Numbered from the stretch's first letter, positions 6,995-15,034 are shown. The stretch: DNA of 23,415 nucleotides from Nitrospirota bacterium (GCA_040754455.1 JBFMCP010000042.1:1-23415), one strand, 5' to 3'. The notes: generated by a model not told the origin, from the sequence alone. Made by a program: numbers and translations.

Positions 6995-8107
6995 CTAAAT
7001 AAACATCAATCCTGCTTTATATTTGTTATCTGCCACCGTGCTCCACATGACCACGGCGGTCCTGAGCGGCAAGGTGCTTTCTTTCTTTTTGAAGACAACG
7101 ACGTCTCCCATTTTCAGTTCCTGATCGGTAATAATGGCGACTCCCGATTCGCTGATATCGATGCAGATGCATGAATATACCGCGCCCCTCGGTTCGCCCT
7201 TCTTTGAAAATTCCAGCGTAGCCTTGCAGACCTTACGCTGGTGCCTTCTGCACTCTCTTCTCTTTTCTTCAAGGTGCATCATCCTGCCTTCAAAGACCTC
7301 CACCGCAGGACCGGTTATATAGACGTGATCATTATGCGGCCACTCGATCACCACTTCTCCCCCTGAAAAGGATACCGTAACTTTCCGCCCCGTGAGTCCC
7401 TTCAGAATGGCGGCCACGCCTGCAGCAGCAGCCCCGGTACTGCACGCCATCGTTTCGCCGACTCCCTTTCCCCAGAACCTCATCATCAGCTCTTGTTTGC
7501 TCTTCACATTGACGAAGGCGATATCGGTCTTTTCCGGAAAGAGCGGGTGATTTTCAATAGCAGGCCCGTAGGCGGATAACAGGAACTCAGCGAGATCATC
7601 CTTCAGGAAAACTACTGCCTGCGGGCCGCCGAGGGCAAGGCAGGTCACCCTGAAGTCGGTATTTCCGGCCTGGATCGGATAATCGATAATAGGTCTTTTT
7701 AATTTAAGGTTGACAGGAATCTTATCGGCATCGAAGACCGGCTCTCCCATATCCACTCTTACCATATCGCCGATACGCTCGACATTCACCAGGGCGGCAA
7801 GCGTGTCGATCTTGAGAAGCCCTTTGTCCGAGATCCCCTTGTTCCAGATATACTTGGCAAGACAGATAATCCCGTTGCCGCACATCCCGACCTCTTTGCC
7901 CCCGCTGTTGAAGATTTTCAGCCTGAAGTCAGCGTCAAGCGAATTGTAGAGCAGCAAAAGCTGGTCAGCGCCGATCCCCGACCGCCGGTCGCAAAGCCGC
8001 ACGGCAAGGGAATTGAGATTAAAGTATTCGGCAATATCGAATGCTCTACAATCGAGAATGACAAAATCATTCCGGTTGCACTGCATTTTGGTGAAATTCA
8101 GCTCCAT
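6995..8107 (-). CDS. dapF: Diaminopimelate epimerase (DapF)-fold protein with degenerate substrate pocket, fused to a C-terminal PilZ domain
   Basis: Residues ~1-277 are DapF-like: FTKM..NDF, GIGADQ, MCGNG (C76), VDMGEP, ETMACSTG (C222), TGPAVEVFEG. Residues ~280-370 are PilZ-like: RRHQR (RxxxR) and DISESG (D/NxSxxG), ending in beta strands 'AVVMWS...YKAGLMF'. The symbol denotes the fold; canonical activity is doubtful. Confidence 0.85.
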   Translation of the reverse strand: MELNFTKMQCNRNDFVILDCRAFDIAEYFNLNSLAVRLCDRRSGIGADQLLLLYNSLDADFRLKIFNSGGKEVGMCGNGIICLAKYIWNKGISDKGLLKIDTLAALVNVERIGDMVRVDMGEPVFDADKIPVNLKLKRPIIDYPIQAGNTDFRVTCLALGGPQAVVFLKDDLAEFLLSAYGPAIENHPLFPEKTDIAFVNVKSKQELMMRFWGKGVGETMACSTGAAAAGVAAILKGLTGRKVTVSFSGGEVVIEWPHNDHVYITGPAVEVFEGRMMHLEEKRRECRRHQRKVCKATLEFSKKGEPRGAVYSCICIDISESGVAIITDQELKMGDVVVFKKKESTLPLRTAVVMWSTVADNKYKAGLMFI

Positions 8108-8254
8108 AGTTTCATCGGGTTGATACGTTCAAAAGATACGCCCGCCACAAGCAGGCGCTCTATGATAATGCAAAGAGAGGAATGAGAGCAAACCTGTGGG
8201 ATGCACCTTGTGCACATTGTGCTCTGGCAATAAGGGAGGGTGAGAGGTATACAG

Positions 8255-8283
8255 TTGAGATAAAAGGGGAATACCGGTATTAT
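8255..8283 (+). promoter_or_regulatory. Candidate sigma70 promoter for the hpt-queD-pmbA-acd run
   Basis: TTGAGA (8255-8260), 17 nt spacer, TATTAT (8278-8283). An overlapping TATAAT lies at 8283-8288. Confidence 0.4.
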
Positions 8284-8322
8284 ATAATACTGTTGTTATT
8301 AGCACGTTCCGGGAGGAAGTTG

Positions 8323-8844
8323 ATGATTATAGGCAAGCCGCTATTCACCACCGAGCAGATCAACGATAAGGTTATGGAGCTGGCAGAGCGGATATCGCGG
8401 GATTACGCGGGCAAGGAGGTGCTTGCCGTCGGCGTTCTGAAAGGCTCGTTCATGTTCTTTGCCGACCTTATCAGGGCACTGAGGATTCCTGTCTCCGTCG
8501 ATTTCATCATTTCCTCGAGCTATGTAAAAACCGACTCTTCCGGCAAGACTAGCATCTACTACGACGTACGGGAGAATATAAGGGGCAGAGACGTCCTGCT
8601 CATCGATGATATAATTGATACAGGGATATCGCTCAATATCATCCGCGAAAGCCTCTTGTCAAAGGGGCCCGCGAGCCTCAGGATATGCGTGCTCCTCGAT
8701 AAGGAGGAGCGCCGGGTCACCAGGGTGCCGGTCGATTATATCGGCTTCAGGATTCCAAACCAGTTCGTCGTCGGCTACGGCCTGGATTACGAGAACAAAT
8801 ACAGGAACCTGCCTTACATTGCTTTGTTCAAAAAAGAAAGATAA
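8323..8844 (+). CDS. hpt: Hypoxanthine phosphoribosyltransferase
   Basis: GVLKGSFMFFADL, PRPP-binding VLLIDDIIDTG, and FVVGYGLDY...YRNLPYI. Start moved to ATG 8323 after a GGAGG RBS; the ORF-track extension from 8182 is unlikely. Confidence 0.95.
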   Translation: MIIGKPLFTTEQINDKVMELAERISRDYAGKEVLAVGVLKGSFMFFADLIRALRIPVSVDFIISSSYVKTDSSGKTSIYYDVRENIRGRDVLLIDDIIDTGISLNIIRESLLSKGPASLRICVLLDKEERRVTRVPVDYIGFRIPNQFVVGYGLDYENKYRNLPYIALFKKER

Positions 8845-8847
8845 TAC

Positions 8848-8941
8848 GTTCATAGTATACCATTCATTGTTCATGGTAAAAATGCTCATTATCGGCAACC
8901 TATAAACTATGAACCATGAACAGCGACTATGACCGATGAAC
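8848..8941. repeat. Intergenic heptamer (GTTCATN / NATGAAC) inverted tandem repeat
   Basis: Left arm GTTCATA GTATACC ATTCATT GTTCATG (8848-8875). Right arm TATAAAC TATGAAC CATGAAC AGCGAC TATGACC GATGAAC (8901-8941). Confidence 0.8.
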
Positions 8942-8957
8942 TAAACCGGAGGTTACA

Positions 8958-9335
8958 ATGTACGAATTGATGATAGAGACGGGTTTTGCCTCAGCGCACC
9001 AGCTGAGGGGCTACAAAGGAAAATGCGAAAACCTGCACGGCCACAACTGGAGAGTCCAGGTGTATGTCACGGCAGAGCGCCTGAACGAGCTCGATATCGC
9101 CATCGACTTCCATGATCTGAAGGCGCAGACCAACGAGATCATTGCACAGCTCGACCACACCTGCCTCAACAATGTCTTTCCCTTTACCGAGAAAAACCCT
9201 TCATCGGAAAACATCGCCCGCTGGATATTCGAGTCGCTCAGAAAACGATTGACGGGATACTCGAATGTCTCCGTCTCTGCGGTCACGGTCTGGGAATCTG
9301 AGAGCGCTTCGGCCACGTACTACGAAGAGGACTGA
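8958..9335 (+). CDS. queD: 6-carboxy-5,6,7,8-tetrahydropterin synthase
   Basis: FASAHQL..YKGKCENLHGHNW, IDF..LK, LDH..LN, NPSSENIA and VTVWES. GGAGG RBS. Confidence 0.95.
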   Translation: MYELMIETGFASAHQLRGYKGKCENLHGHNWRVQVYVTAERLNELDIAIDFHDLKAQTNEIIAQLDHTCLNNVFPFTEKNPSSENIARWIFESLRKRLTGYSNVSVSAVTVWESESASATYYEED

Positions 9336-9340
9336 AAATT

Positions 9341-9371
9341 AGGAAGTAGGAAGCAAGGAGCGGGAAGCAGG
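9341..9371. repeat. Intergenic heptamer tandem repeat (AGGAAGY)
   Basis: AGGAAGT AGGAAGC AAGGAGC GGGAAGC AGG immediately after the queD stop. Confidence 0.7.
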
Positions 9372-9409
9372 CATGCACCCAGTCACCTGCAATCTAAGAG
9401 GAATACGCT

Positions 9410-10744
9410 ATGGAGAGAGCATTTGCATTAAAACTGATGGAACTGGCACTGCGGAAAGGAGCCGACGAGGCAGAGGTCTATGCCAAGAGGTCGAAAAGTC
9501 TCGGTATCGAGGTCAAAGGGCAGAAGATCGACACCCTCGAATCCTCAACGACTGTCGGCTACTGCATCAGGGTCATTAAAGCCAAACGGCTCGGCTTTTC
9601 CTATTCCACCGATCCTGACGAAATGGACCGGGTGGCGGAAGCTGCCGTCGAAGCGGCAGAGTATACCGAACCCGACGAGTCACTCGGATTGCCCTCGCAC
9701 GGCAAACCGTCTGAAGTAGCCATATTCGACACAGCCATCTCTTCTCTCCCTGAACAGGATGCGATAGACCGCGTCATGCTCATCGAGAAGACCGCCTTTG
9801 ACGAGGATCGCCGAATCAGACGCGTAAGAAAGGCGGCGGGGTATTTCGGCGCCAGTGATACCTACATCGTCAACTCGAAGGGCGTCGATATCCACTATGC
9901 CTCCACCGGCTGCTCCGCACAGATAACGGTCATTGCAGAAGAAGATGGCGAGAGCCAGATGGGCTGGGACTATGAGGGGTCCAGGTTCCTGCAAGACCTC
10001 TCCTTTGAACGGGTCGGCAGAAAGGGCGCCCGGCGCGCGCTACAACTCCTCGGCGCAAAGAAAATAACCCCGTTACGAGGATTCGTACTTCTCGACAACT
10101 CCATTGCATCGGAGTTCCTCGGCATCTTTGCCACTGCCATCTCCTCTGAGTCGGTCCAGAAAAAGAAGTCGATGCTTGCCGGAAAAAAGGGAGCGCAGGT
10201 GGCAAGCGCCGGCATCAATATTATCGACAGCGGACTCCTCGCCGGGAGACTCGGCAGCAAGCCGGTCGATGATGAAGGGGTACCTACGTCGAGCAAGGTC
10301 CTGATCGAACGGGGTGTCTTGAACGGTTATTTGTACAATACTTATACTGCGAGAAAGGACGGCGTATCGTCGACCGGCAACGCTGTCCGGGGAGGGGCCG
10401 CGGGCCTGCCGCTCGTGGGTCCGACAAACCTCTACTGCGAGCCCGCAGGGCCAGAATACCTCTCTGATTTCTCAAGCCTTCTCAAGACCATCGACCGGGG
10501 ACTCTATGTGATCGAGACCATGGGCATGCACACGGCAAACCCCATATCAGGGGAATTCTCCGTCGGCGCCTCAGGGTTATGGATCGAAAAGGGAGAGATC
10601 GCCTATCCGGTAAAGGAGGCCGTCATTTCCGGAAATATCCTCGATCTGTTCAAAAACATCTCCAAGGTTGGCGATGATCTGAGATTTTATGGTAACATAG
10701 GCTCATCGAGCTTGCTGATAGAAGGCGTTGATATCAGCGGCTGA
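9410..10744 (+). CDS. pmbA: TldD/PmbA family protein, PmbA(TldE)-like
   Basis: GADEAEVY, RLGFSY, 'PVDDEGVP', GVL.GYLY, STGNA.RG, 'GMHTANPISGEFSVGASG' and I.GNILD. No TldD HExxH motif. Confidence 0.88.
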   Translation: MERAFALKLMELALRKGADEAEVYAKRSKSLGIEVKGQKIDTLESSTTVGYCIRVIKAKRLGFSYSTDPDEMDRVAEAAVEAAEYTEPDESLGLPSHGKPSEVAIFDTAISSLPEQDAIDRVMLIEKTAFDEDRRIRRVRKAAGYFGASDTYIVNSKGVDIHYASTGCSAQITVIAEEDGESQMGWDYEGSRFLQDLSFERVGRKGARRALQLLGAKKITPLRGFVLLDNSIASEFLGIFATAISSESVQKKKSMLAGKKGAQVASAGINIIDSGLLAGRLGSKPVDDEGVPTSSKVLIERGVLNGYLYNTYTARKDGVSSTGNAVRGGAAGLPLVGPTNLYCEPAGPEYLSDFSSLLKTIDRGLYVIETMGMHTANPISGEFSVGASGLWIEKGEIAYPVKEAVISGNILDLFKNISKVGDDLRFYGNIGSSSLLIEGVDISG

Positions 10745-10747
10745 ATA

Positions 10748-10823
10748 GTTCATCGTTCACCGTTCATAGTTCATCATTGGCTGAGATTACCATTTTTGTT
10801 TCAATAAACCATGAACGGTGAAC
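10748..10823. repeat. Intergenic heptamer (GTTCAYN / NRTGAAC) inverted tandem repeat
   Basis: Left arm GTTCATC GTTCACC GTTCATA GTTCATC (10748-10775). Right arm AATAAAC CATGAAC GGTGAAC (10803-10823). Same unit as the 8848-8941 element. Confidence 0.85.
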
Positions 10824-10844
10824 GAGATACAGAGGAGGATGTTG

Positions 10845-12002
10845 ATGGATTATTTTTTGACTGAAGAGCAATTGATGATCCGTGATCTTGCACGGCAGAT
10901 TGCTGAAGAAAAGGTCGTACCGGTCAGAGCCGAACTTGATGAAAAGAACGAATACCCCTGGGAGATCATAAAAGTCCTCGCCCAGTCTGATATGATGGGG
11001 ATATATATCCCCGAGGAGTATGGCGGTCTCGGCAAAGGATGCCTCGAGCTCTGCATCGCGGTCGAAGAGCTCTCAAGGGCATGCGTCGGGGTATCGACCA
11101 CCTATGCCGCCAATGCGCTCGGCACCTTCCCCATTCTGCTCCACGGTTCGGAGGAGCAAAAGAAAAAATATCTCCCCGATATCGCAGCTGGCAAACGGCT
11201 GGTGGCCTTCGGACTGACCGAGGCGAACGCAGGGAGCGACGCCAGCGGCATCCAGACCACGGCAAAGCTCGAGGGGAACGAGTATGTCCTGAATGGCACG
11301 AAGCAGTGGATCACCAACGGCGGCGAAGCGGACATCTATACCATCATCGCCATCACCGACCGGTCAAAGGGCCCTCGGGGCGCCTCAGCATTCATTGTCG
11401 AGAAGGGGACCCCGGGCTTCACCTTCGGCAAGAAGGAAGACAAGATGGGCATCAGGGCATCATCGACGCGAGAGCTCATTTTCGACAACTGCAGGATTCC
11501 GAAAGAGAACCTCATCGCGCGAGAGGGCATGGGCTTTATCGTCGCCATGAAGACCCTCGATAATTCTCGTACCGGCGTCGGCGCCCAGGGGCTCGGCGTT
11601 GCCCAGGGTGCCTTTGAGGAAGCGGTGAAGTTCGCCCGTGAGCGCCACCAGTTCGGCCACCCGATCATCAGCTTCCAGGCGATCCAGCATATGCTGGCCG
11701 ATATGGCAATGCAGATAGAAGCAGCCCGCTCGCTCATCTACTCGGTTGCCCGCTATATCGACAGCGGGGCCAAAGATATTTCTAAAGAATCCGCGATGGC
11801 AAAGACCTTTGCCACCGATCTCGGAATAAAAGTGGCCCTCGATGCGCTGCAGATAATGGGCGGCGCAGGCTACATGAAGGAATACCCTGTCGAAAAAATG
11901 GTGCGTGATGCGAAGATCCTCCAGATATACGAAGGCACCAATCAAATCCAGAGGAACGTCATCGGTCAGGCATTGATCAAAGAAGCGGCAAAACAGAAGT
12001 AA
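10845..12002 (+). CDS. Acyl-CoA dehydrogenase (butyryl/short-chain-like)
   Basis: AFGLTEANAGSDA, LNGTKQWITNG, KMGIRAS, R.QFG.PI..FQAI, GGAGY and catalytic IYEGTNQIQ. Start ATG 10845 follows a GGAGG RBS. Confidence 0.93.
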   Translation: MDYFLTEEQLMIRDLARQIAEEKVVPVRAELDEKNEYPWEIIKVLAQSDMMGIYIPEEYGGLGKGCLELCIAVEELSRACVGVSTTYAANALGTFPILLHGSEEQKKKYLPDIAAGKRLVAFGLTEANAGSDASGIQTTAKLEGNEYVLNGTKQWITNGGEADIYTIIAITDRSKGPRGASAFIVEKGTPGFTFGKKEDKMGIRASSTRELIFDNCRIPKENLIAREGMGFIVAMKTLDNSRTGVGAQGLGVAQGAFEEAVKFARERHQFGHPIISFQAIQHMLADMAMQIEAARSLIYSVARYIDSGAKDISKESAMAKTFATDLGIKVALDALQIMGGAGYMKEYPVEKMVRDAKILQIYEGTNQIQRNVIGQALIKEAAKQK

Positions 12003-12015
12003 CATCTGTTATATA

Positions 12016-12051
12016 AAGCAGAGCAGGGTGCAAAAACACTCTGCTCTGCTT
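12016..12051. terminator. Intrinsic terminator (probably bidirectional) between convergent acd and rrf2
   Basis: AAGCAGAGCAGGGTG-CAAAAA-CACTCTGCTCTGCTT hairpin, followed by ATTTT on the plus strand and TATAT on the minus strand. Confidence 0.8.
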
Positions 12052-12445
12052 ATTTTCTCAAACCCGCAAAGTCCTTTTTGCCGAGGAGTTTCCTGAAATC
12101 CTTCCGTATCTCCACCCAGACAGGATGAATGCAGCACGTACTGCTCAGATCGCACCGTCTTTCGTCGAGGACGCAAATGTTCATGCCGACCGGCCCTTCT
12201 ATTGCCTCTACGACATCGAGAAGGGTAATGTCCTTTGGAGCCCTAGCGAGCTGAAAGCCACCCTTCACTCCTCTGAAGGAATTCACGATCCCTGCCTTGG
12301 CAAGCTTCTGCAGTATTTTGGCGAGAAAACTCTTCGGTATCGACATCTCCCGGGCGATCTCGTCGATCATGGTGACCTCATTCGGTCTGCCCGACAGGTA
12401 AAAAACACATCTGATCGCATAATCCGCCTCGCGGGTAATCTCCAT
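12050..12445 (-). CDS. Rrf2 family transcriptional regulator (IscR/NsrR-like, Fe-S Cys motif)
   Basis: MEITREADYA...FLAKILQKL...SFRGVKGGFQLAR...ITLLDVVEAIEG, then C-x6-C-x5-C(C)IH. Start placed at ATG 12445 after an AAAGGGA RBS. Confidence 0.92.
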   Translation of the reverse strand: MEITREADYAIRCVFYLSGRPNEVTMIDEIAREMSIPKSFLAKILQKLAKAGIVNSFRGVKGGFQLARAPKDITLLDVVEAIEGPVGMNICVLDERRCDLSSTCCIHPVWVEIRKDFRKLLGKKDFAGLRK

Positions 12446-12509
12446 GTCAGTCCCTTTCAAAGCAAGAGGTAAAGAGTGAGGAATGTGCTCTCACTCTGCC
12501 TATTATATT

Positions 12510-13538
12510 TTAGTACGCTTCTTTATCAGCCATAATCTCATCAGCATTCACACGATGCCTGAATATGCGGTAAATCCAGATCTGATAAGCGATCACCACC
12601 GGCACAAAAAGCAGCGCAACTACGGTCATGATCTTCAGCGTATAGATGCTGGACGAAGAATTGAAAATGGTCAGGCTGTACGCCGGGTCGATGTTCGAGG
12701 GGATGAGATTCGGAAAGAGGCCGATCACCCCCGTAAAGACCACCGTCAGTATGGTCACCATAGAAGCATAGAATGCTTTCAGATACGCGCCTGCTGCAGC
12801 AAAGAGCTTCGTCCCGAGCAGCGCCGCGACCGCAGCAGCAGGGACAATAAACCAGACAGGGTTGCCGAAATAGTTCGCATAGAGATCGGTCGCAAAATAG
12901 GTAGCAACCAGGAACACTGCCGCTACGCCGAGGAGAATGAACCACACTTTATTCGCAAGTCTTCCCGCCCGCACGCTGAGGTCTCCGGTTGTCTTAACCG
13001 AAAGCCACAGAGCTCCATGCACAATAAAGAGGAGAACAAAGAGGATTCCGGTCAGCAGTCCGTAGGGATTAAGCAGGGTGAAAAACGATCCGTGGTATCC
13101 ACCGGCATCAATCGGCAGACCGCGGAAGATATTGCCGAAGGCAACGCCGAAGAGGAGCGCGGGAAGCAGGCTACCAAGGAAGGCAGCAATGTCCCATCCC
13201 TTCTCCCAGGCAGGGCTGCCGCCCTTGCCCCTGAACTCGAGAGCAACTCCCCTGAAGATCAATGCGAAAAGAATGAGCAGCAGCGCAGAGTAGAGATAGC
13301 TGAACATAAGCGCATAGGTAGTCGGAAATGCGGCAAACGTTGCGCCGCCGGCGGTGATGAGCCAGACCTCGTTGCCACTCCATACGGGGCCCAACGTATT
13401 GATGATCGCCCGCTTCTCAGGATTATTCTTTCCAAGAAAAGGCAGAAGCATGCCAGCACCGAAATCGAATCCCTCGAGCATGAAAAAGACCGCCCAGAGC
13501 GTTCCCCAGAGAATAAACCAGATAATCTGAAATTCCAT
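12510..13538 (-). CDS. cydB: Cytochrome bd quinol oxidase subunit II
   Basis: 'LEGFDFGAG', 'GPVWSGNEVWL..AGGA.FAAFP', FRGVALEFR, multiple TM helices and SLTI.N.SSS..TL. Confidence 0.95.
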   Translation of the reverse strand: MEFQIIWFILWGTLWAVFFMLEGFDFGAGMLLPFLGKNNPEKRAIINTLGPVWSGNEVWLITAGGATFAAFPTTYALMFSYLYSALLLILFALIFRGVALEFRGKGGSPAWEKGWDIAAFLGSLLPALLFGVAFGNIFRGLPIDAGGYHGSFFTLLNPYGLLTGILFVLLFIVHGALWLSVKTTGDLSVRAGRLANKVWFILLGVAAVFLVATYFATDLYANYFGNPVWFIVPAAAVAALLGTKLFAAAGAYLKAFYASMVTILTVVFTGVIGLFPNLIPSNIDPAYSLTIFNSSSSIYTLKIMTVVALLFVPVVIAYQIWIYRIFRHRVNADEIMADKEAY

Positions 13539-13539
13539 G

Positions 13540-14904
13540 TTACACCTCCTGCGCCTGTGTGGCTCTCACGGGAGTCTCAATGAGCACTTCGACATTCTCA
13601 TCCGGCCCTTTCTTTGCGAACTTCGTCAGCAGATAGATGTCGACCACCGCAAGCAGTCCATAGACCAGGGTAAACCCGAAGAGCGATGCCCAGACCTGTC
13701 CGGGCGTTATTGCTTTGGACACCGCATCGGATGTCTTGAGCACACCATAGACGATCCAGGGCTGTCTGCCGACCTCCGCTACGATCCAGCCGAGCTGCGC
13801 AGCGATATACGGCAGGGGGAGCGCATAGAGCATGATTCTCAGGAACATCGGGGACAATTCAAGCCGATTCCCGCGCGACAGGACGAAGGCAATGAGCGTC
13901 AGCAGCATGAAGAGCATGCCGAGCCCGGCCATTGCCCTGAAGCTCAGGTGCGTGGGAAGCACCGGAGGCCGCTCCTCCTTCTTGAACTCCTTCAACCCCT
14001 TCACCTCGGCATTGCCGTCGTGGAAAGCCATCAGACTCAGGAGCTTCGGGACTCCGATCGCTTCAACAGTATTCCTCTCGTTGGCGACATCGGGGACGAC
14101 GATGAAATTGTAGGGAGCGGCTTTCTGCGTGTCCCATACCGACTCCATAGCCGCAAACTTCGCCGGCTGCGTCTTTGCGACCTCGGCGGCATGGAAATCA
14201 CCGACAACAAAGAGCAGCAGCGAGCTCACTAATCCGAACGTCGCCGCCATCCTGAAGGACTTCTTGAAAAATTCGGTATTCTGCTTTTTCAGCAGGTGGT
14301 AGGCGGCGATTCCCATCACAAAGAAGGCCGCGACTACATATCCTGAGAAGATGGTATGAAAGAATTTCAGCAGGCCGTAAGGATTGGTGAGCATAGCAGT
14401 GAAATCGACCATTTCGGCCCTGTTATTCCTCAGCACATAGCCGACGGGATGCTGCATCCAGCCGTTGGCGAGGAGTATCCAGAGCGCGGAAAGGTTCGTG
14501 GCGACACCGACGATCCAGATCGAGAGGGCATGGACCCTTTTGGATACCTTGTTCCAGCCGAAGATCCATAGACCGATAAATGTCGACTCAAGAAAAAATG
14601 CGACCGTCGCCTCGATTGCCAACGGTGCACCGAAGATGTCGCCGACGTATTTCGAGTATTCCGCCCAGTTCATGCCGAACTGGAATTCCAAAGTGATGCC
14701 CGTCACCACGCCGAGGGCGAAATTGATGAGAAACAGTTTCCCCCAGAACTTCGTCATCTTGAGGTACAGCTCATCACCCGTCCTGACATAGCGCGTCTCC
14801 ATGTAGGCGACCATAAGGGAGAGGCCGAGTGTCAGGGGCACGAAAATGAAATGAAACATAGCCGTTACCGCAAACTGCAGCCTGCTCAACGCCAATGCAT
14901 CCAT
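13540..14904 (-). CDS. cydA: Cytochrome bd quinol oxidase subunit I (short Q-loop type)
   Basis: LSRLQF..TAMFHFIF (His ligand), EFQFGMNW, FFLESTF, FFHT, QPAKFAAME, FRAM (Met ligand) and EVGRQPW. Start ATG 14904 follows an AAGGAGG RBS. Confidence 0.96.
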   Translation of the reverse strand: MDALALSRLQFAVTAMFHFIFVPLTLGLSLMVAYMETRYVRTGDELYLKMTKFWGKLFLINFALGVVTGITLEFQFGMNWAEYSKYVGDIFGAPLAIEATVAFFLESTFIGLWIFGWNKVSKRVHALSIWIVGVATNLSALWILLANGWMQHPVGYVLRNNRAEMVDFTAMLTNPYGLLKFFHTIFSGYVVAAFFVMGIAAYHLLKKQNTEFFKKSFRMAATFGLVSSLLLFVVGDFHAAEVAKTQPAKFAAMESVWDTQKAAPYNFIVVPDVANERNTVEAIGVPKLLSLMAFHDGNAEVKGLKEFKKEERPPVLPTHLSFRAMAGLGMLFMLLTLIAFVLSRGNRLELSPMFLRIMLYALPLPYIAAQLGWIVAEVGRQPWIVYGVLKTSDAVSKAITPGQVWASLFGFTLVYGLLAVVDIYLLTKFAKKGPDENVEVLIETPVRATQAQEV

Positions 14905-14970
14905 TGTCTCTTCCTCCTTTGTATATAGCTTCTTTGATAATGATCCGCTCGTCAAGCCCTGAGGTCTAAT

Positions 14971-15008
14971 CTGGACAAATATTATCCTGTTTTGAAGCAG
15001 GTTGTCAA
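14971..15008 (-). promoter_or_regulatory. cydA promoter (TTGACA -35) with a palindromic candidate operator over the -10 region
   Basis: On the minus strand, TTGACA at 15003-15008 and TAATAT at 14979-14984 (18-nt spacer). The imperfect palindrome CAGGATAA-TAT-TTGTCCAG (14971-14989) covers the -10 box. Confidence 0.55.
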
Positions 15009-15034
15009 GGGTGCCAAAAAAATTTGCAAATCAT

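Noticed and set aside
8185..8225. Possible c-di-GMP-I riboswitch (GCAAACC...GGGATGCA) near the PilZ fusion gene
   Set aside because: It lacks the GNRA-capped stem and the second hairpin, and it is on the strand facing hpt. An Rfam RF01051 cmsearch would settle it.
8848..10823. Heptamer arrays as CRISPR repeats or IS ends
   Set aside because: Units are 7 nt with no repeat-spacer period, no cas or transposase genes, and no clear target-site duplications.
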